IMG/VR virus record: IMGVR_UViG_3300017747_002323 | Span: 1-25,305 of that record | Origin: a virus | Taxonomy: Duplodnaviria; Caudoviricetes | DNA length: 25,305 nucleotides | Strand: one strand, 5' to 3' | Shown: positions 22,957 to 25,305 of the stretch, piece by piece | Layout of the letters: the number at the start of each line of letters is the position of its first letter | Position numbering within the stretch: position 1 is the stretch's first letter | Notes under the pieces: model-generated | What the model saw: only the letters and a program-made list of their open reading frames with translations | Told to the model about the DNA's origin: nothing | The model's database searches: none | Program-made: the position numbers and the translations under genes

Positions 22957-25305
22957 ACCTTCCGCGCGTTCGCGCGTCGTTCGGCTTCGGCCGCGATATT
23001 TTCGTATTCGTCAACCAACGTTGGTTGCATGGCGCATCGGCAATTCGGGTGCAACGGCGGCGCGGAAATCTCTTCGTAGTTCAGTCGCATTTTTCCGCCG
23101 TCCGCGCCTGTCAACGTGTCGCCCTTCGCATAGAACGAATCATCCAACCCGACGCCCTGTTGGCCGAATTTCTTCGCTACGGCTTCGCAAAATTCGCACG
23201 GGTCGGGGGCGAGTAGCCAACGTTTGCCCGACACTAGGCCCGTGGATTTCCACGCGTCCGACTCCGCGGTGGCCGCGGCGCGCGCGGCTTCCGTGCGCGC
23301 AATCATCGTTGCGCGTCGGCGCGTCGCGCGTTCGTCGTCGCCTTCGCCCTGCGCCCATTCCTGTACGCGCGTCGCTAGTTCCCCGGTGGTTTCGCCTAGC
23401 GATAGCCCTTCCCCGAACATATCGCGCAAGCGTTCCACCGTGTACCCGTTGATTGAATCCGCCGCGCGCGACGCTAGCCGCACGCTAGCGCGTTCGACGT
23501 ATTCGGCAAGTTCCTTTGACGACCAACCCAATTCGGCTACCGCCGTGGACGTGGTGAGTTTGGACAGGTTCGCAAACCCGATATCTGCGCCGTGTTGGAT
23601 GGATTCGCGGATATACGGGGCCAACGCGTCCACCAATTCGCGGTGCCATCGTCCCCGTTCCAACACGCCAACGGCGCGCGCCACGGTTTCCGGCGTTACG
23701 TCGCCCTCCCGTTTGATTGCCGCCACGACTTCGCGCACCTGTGCAGCAAACACGGCATCGACGCCCTTTAGGAAATCCGACAACAACGCGTCGTCCACCA
23801 ACGCGCCGGGGTCGGCGGCTTTCGTCACGATTGCCGCGGCGTCGGCTTCCCATAGCGAAGACTGCAACACGGTACCGGGCGAGTCGCCACAACACGCGCA
23901 CGACTTCGCGTGCGACTTGTCGCCGCGGGCGCGGTCGAATTCGTCCCGTTTGCGTTTCGACCATTCCCAACCTTCGTCGCCGCCCCAACCGTGCCACGCT
24001 TGCCACCCCTTGCCCTGTTCGTCCCACGTCGCGCCCTGTTTGTCGCCCACGTGGCGTTCGAAATACGCGACCATGCGCCGAATCGTTTCCTCCGATACGG
24101 CTACGCGGTTCGCTAGGTCGCGCGCGCGCGCGATTCCCGTAGCGGTCATACCGCGTTGGCTAGGCGGCTTCGATTCGCGCACGTCTAACGCACGGCGCGC
24201 GTTGTCGGCCACGGCTTGCGGTGGCACGGTGTCGATGTCTTCCAATGCTTTGGCCGACTTGCCGCACATTTCGTACGCGATAGCGACGGCTTGCGATTCG
24301 CTGTAGCCTTCCGCAAGTAACTTTGGAATCTTCCCCGCCACGCAATCGTCGGCCGCGGCTTTGTTGATTTCGGCCGACGACGCCGCGGCGTCGGCCGCGG
24401 GCGCGCCGGGCGGCAACGCCGGGGGCGGCGTCGGCACCGCCGCGACGGCGGGCGGCTTCGCGGCCAACGCTAGCGGCCCCGGAACGCCCGCGGGCGGGCC
24501 GCCCAATGGTTGCCCGTTTACCAACAGGCGGTCGGCCATAGGGTCGTCGGCGCGTTCCAACCCGTAGCGTTCGCGTGCTTCGTTCGGCGTCAACCAACCG
24601 CCCGCTACCGCGACTTGCGTTTCGGTCAAATCCTGTTGGCGATTCAACGGTACCGGGTCGTCGTACGCCAACACGGCGTCCCCCTCAATACCGAACATCG
24701 GCAACAGTCGTTGGTTTAGTGTTTCTTCGTCCATGCGACACAACGGAAGCACGGACATTTCGCGCCACGACGCAAACCCAATCGTAGCCCCCGCTAAATT
24801 CGGGTCGTTGGCCTTCAACATCGAAACCGGAACGCCGAACACGGCGGCGATTTCCTCCACGATTTCGTCGCGGCCTGTCAAATCCTTTGGAGGGAATTGC
24901 AACGGCTTTATATCCATTTCCGCGGTGGAAACCATGAATTGTCCACGGTTACGCGGGCCGCGGAATTTCGCGCGGATCGACTTTTCTACGCGCGCGATTT
25001 CATCCTGTGACGCGTTCCCCTTGACAGTCAACAACCAATCCGGCCGCCCGCCGTTTTGGAACATTGCCAAATCCATTTCGTGCAATGCCGCGTTAGCATT
25101 TGCCGCGCCCCACGCGGCTTCCAATTTGCCCATTCCGTAGAATAGGTCGCGGGGATTCGGTCGTCGGAAATGGATAACTTCCGACGTGGTGAACGTCTGT
25201 TTAGATTCCGAACCCTTGCCGTATCGGTATCCGCTAATAAACGCTTCCGGGTCGGGAATGATTTCCGTCCATTGCGGCGGCATCGGCCACAATTCCGACG
25301 GCGTA
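22953..25305 (-). CDS. HK97-family portal fused to MuF/SPP1 gp7-like domain (5' end outside window)
   Basis: Portal: EVIHFR, YGMG, FQNGGRP, EIAAVFGVP, GWLTPNEAR; MuF: RATMIARTE, KRW...CEFC, PPLHPNCRC; frame open to the window edge. Confidence 0.92.
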   Translation of the reverse strand, partial: TPSELWPMPPQWTEIIPDPEAFISGYRYGKGSESKQTFTTSEVIHFRRPNPRDLFYGMGKLEAAWGAANANAALHEMDLAMFQNGGRPDWLLTVKGNASQDEIARVEKSIRAKFRGPRNRGQFMVSTAEMDIKPLQFPPKDLTGRDEIVEEIAAVFGVPVSMLKANDPNLAGATIGFASWREMSVLPLCRMDEETLNQRLLPMFGIEGDAVLAYDDPVPLNRQQDLTETQVAVAGGWLTPNEARERYGLERADDPMADRLLVNGQPLGGPPAGVPGPLALAAKPPAVAAVPTPPPALPPGAPAADAAASSAEINKAAADDCVAGKIPKLLAEGYSESQAVAIAYEMCGKSAKALEDIDTVPPQAVADNARRALDVRESKPPSQRGMTATGIARARDLANRVAVSEETIRRMVAYFERHVGDKQGATWDEQGKGWQAWHGWGGDEGWEWSKRKRDEFDRARGDKSHAKSCACCGDSPGTVLQSSLWEADAAAIVTKAADPGALVDDALLSDFLKGVDAVFAAQVREVVAAIKREGDVTPETVARAVGVLERGRWHRELVDALAPYIRESIQHGADIGFANLSKLTTSTAVAELGWSSKELAEYVERASVRLASRAADSINGYTVERLRDMFGEGLSLGETTGELATRVQEWAQGEGDDERATRRRATMIARTEAARAAATAESDAWKSTGLVSGKRWLLAPDPCEFCEAVAKKFGQQGVGLDDSFYAKGDTLTGADGGKMRLNYEEISAPPLHPNCRCAMQPTLVDEYENIAAEAERRANARKV

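Larger units (their letters stand above)
1..25305 (-). mobile_element. Tailed bacteriophage or prophage genome segment (HK97-fold head, non-contractile tail)
   Basis: Portal-protease-capsid-neck-tail-TMP synteny, followed by recombination/replication genes; tight ATGA/GTGA/TAATG gene overlaps; no host housekeeping genes. Confidence 0.97.

Noticed and set aside
1-25305. Stop-codon reassignment
   Set aside because: Genes are intact in the standard code and TAA, TAG and TGA all end ORFs at sensible places
9165-25305. Gene transfer agent
   Set aside because: Linked replication, recombination, methyltransferase and tRNA genes indicate an autonomous phage

Overview
About 25 kb of a GC-rich tailed dsDNA (pro)phage, siphovirus-like with an HK97-type head, almost entirely encoded on the minus strand. 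Read right to left, the structural block is: portal fused to a MuF/gp7 domain (5'-truncated), prohead protease, major capsid, two paralogous putative decoration proteins, a methyltransferase-glycosyltransferase fusion, neck genes, tail tube, a tail chaperone with a GGGAAAA -1 frameshift, a short tape measure protein and Cys-rich/CBM-like tail-tip genes. An early region follows. It opens with three repeated promoter+structured-leader cassettes, then RecE-like and ERF recombination genes, a replication initiator with a probable internal origin, a CsrA-like regulator, small hypotheticals, an MT-A70 methyltransferase and a short-variable-arm tRNA-Leu(CAA). No terminase, integrase or lysis gene was recognised in the window. 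A Planctomycetota-like host is only a weak guess. Best leads: (1) a repeated 5'-leader RNA (hairpin plus H-type pseudoknot with compensatory changes) at +1 of each early promoter; (2) a candidate virion methyl-glycosylation module inside the head operon; (3) strong CCAG/AGCT depletion with a shift to TTG leucine codons, matched by the phage tRNA. All calls come from reading motifs by eye; no database searches were run.
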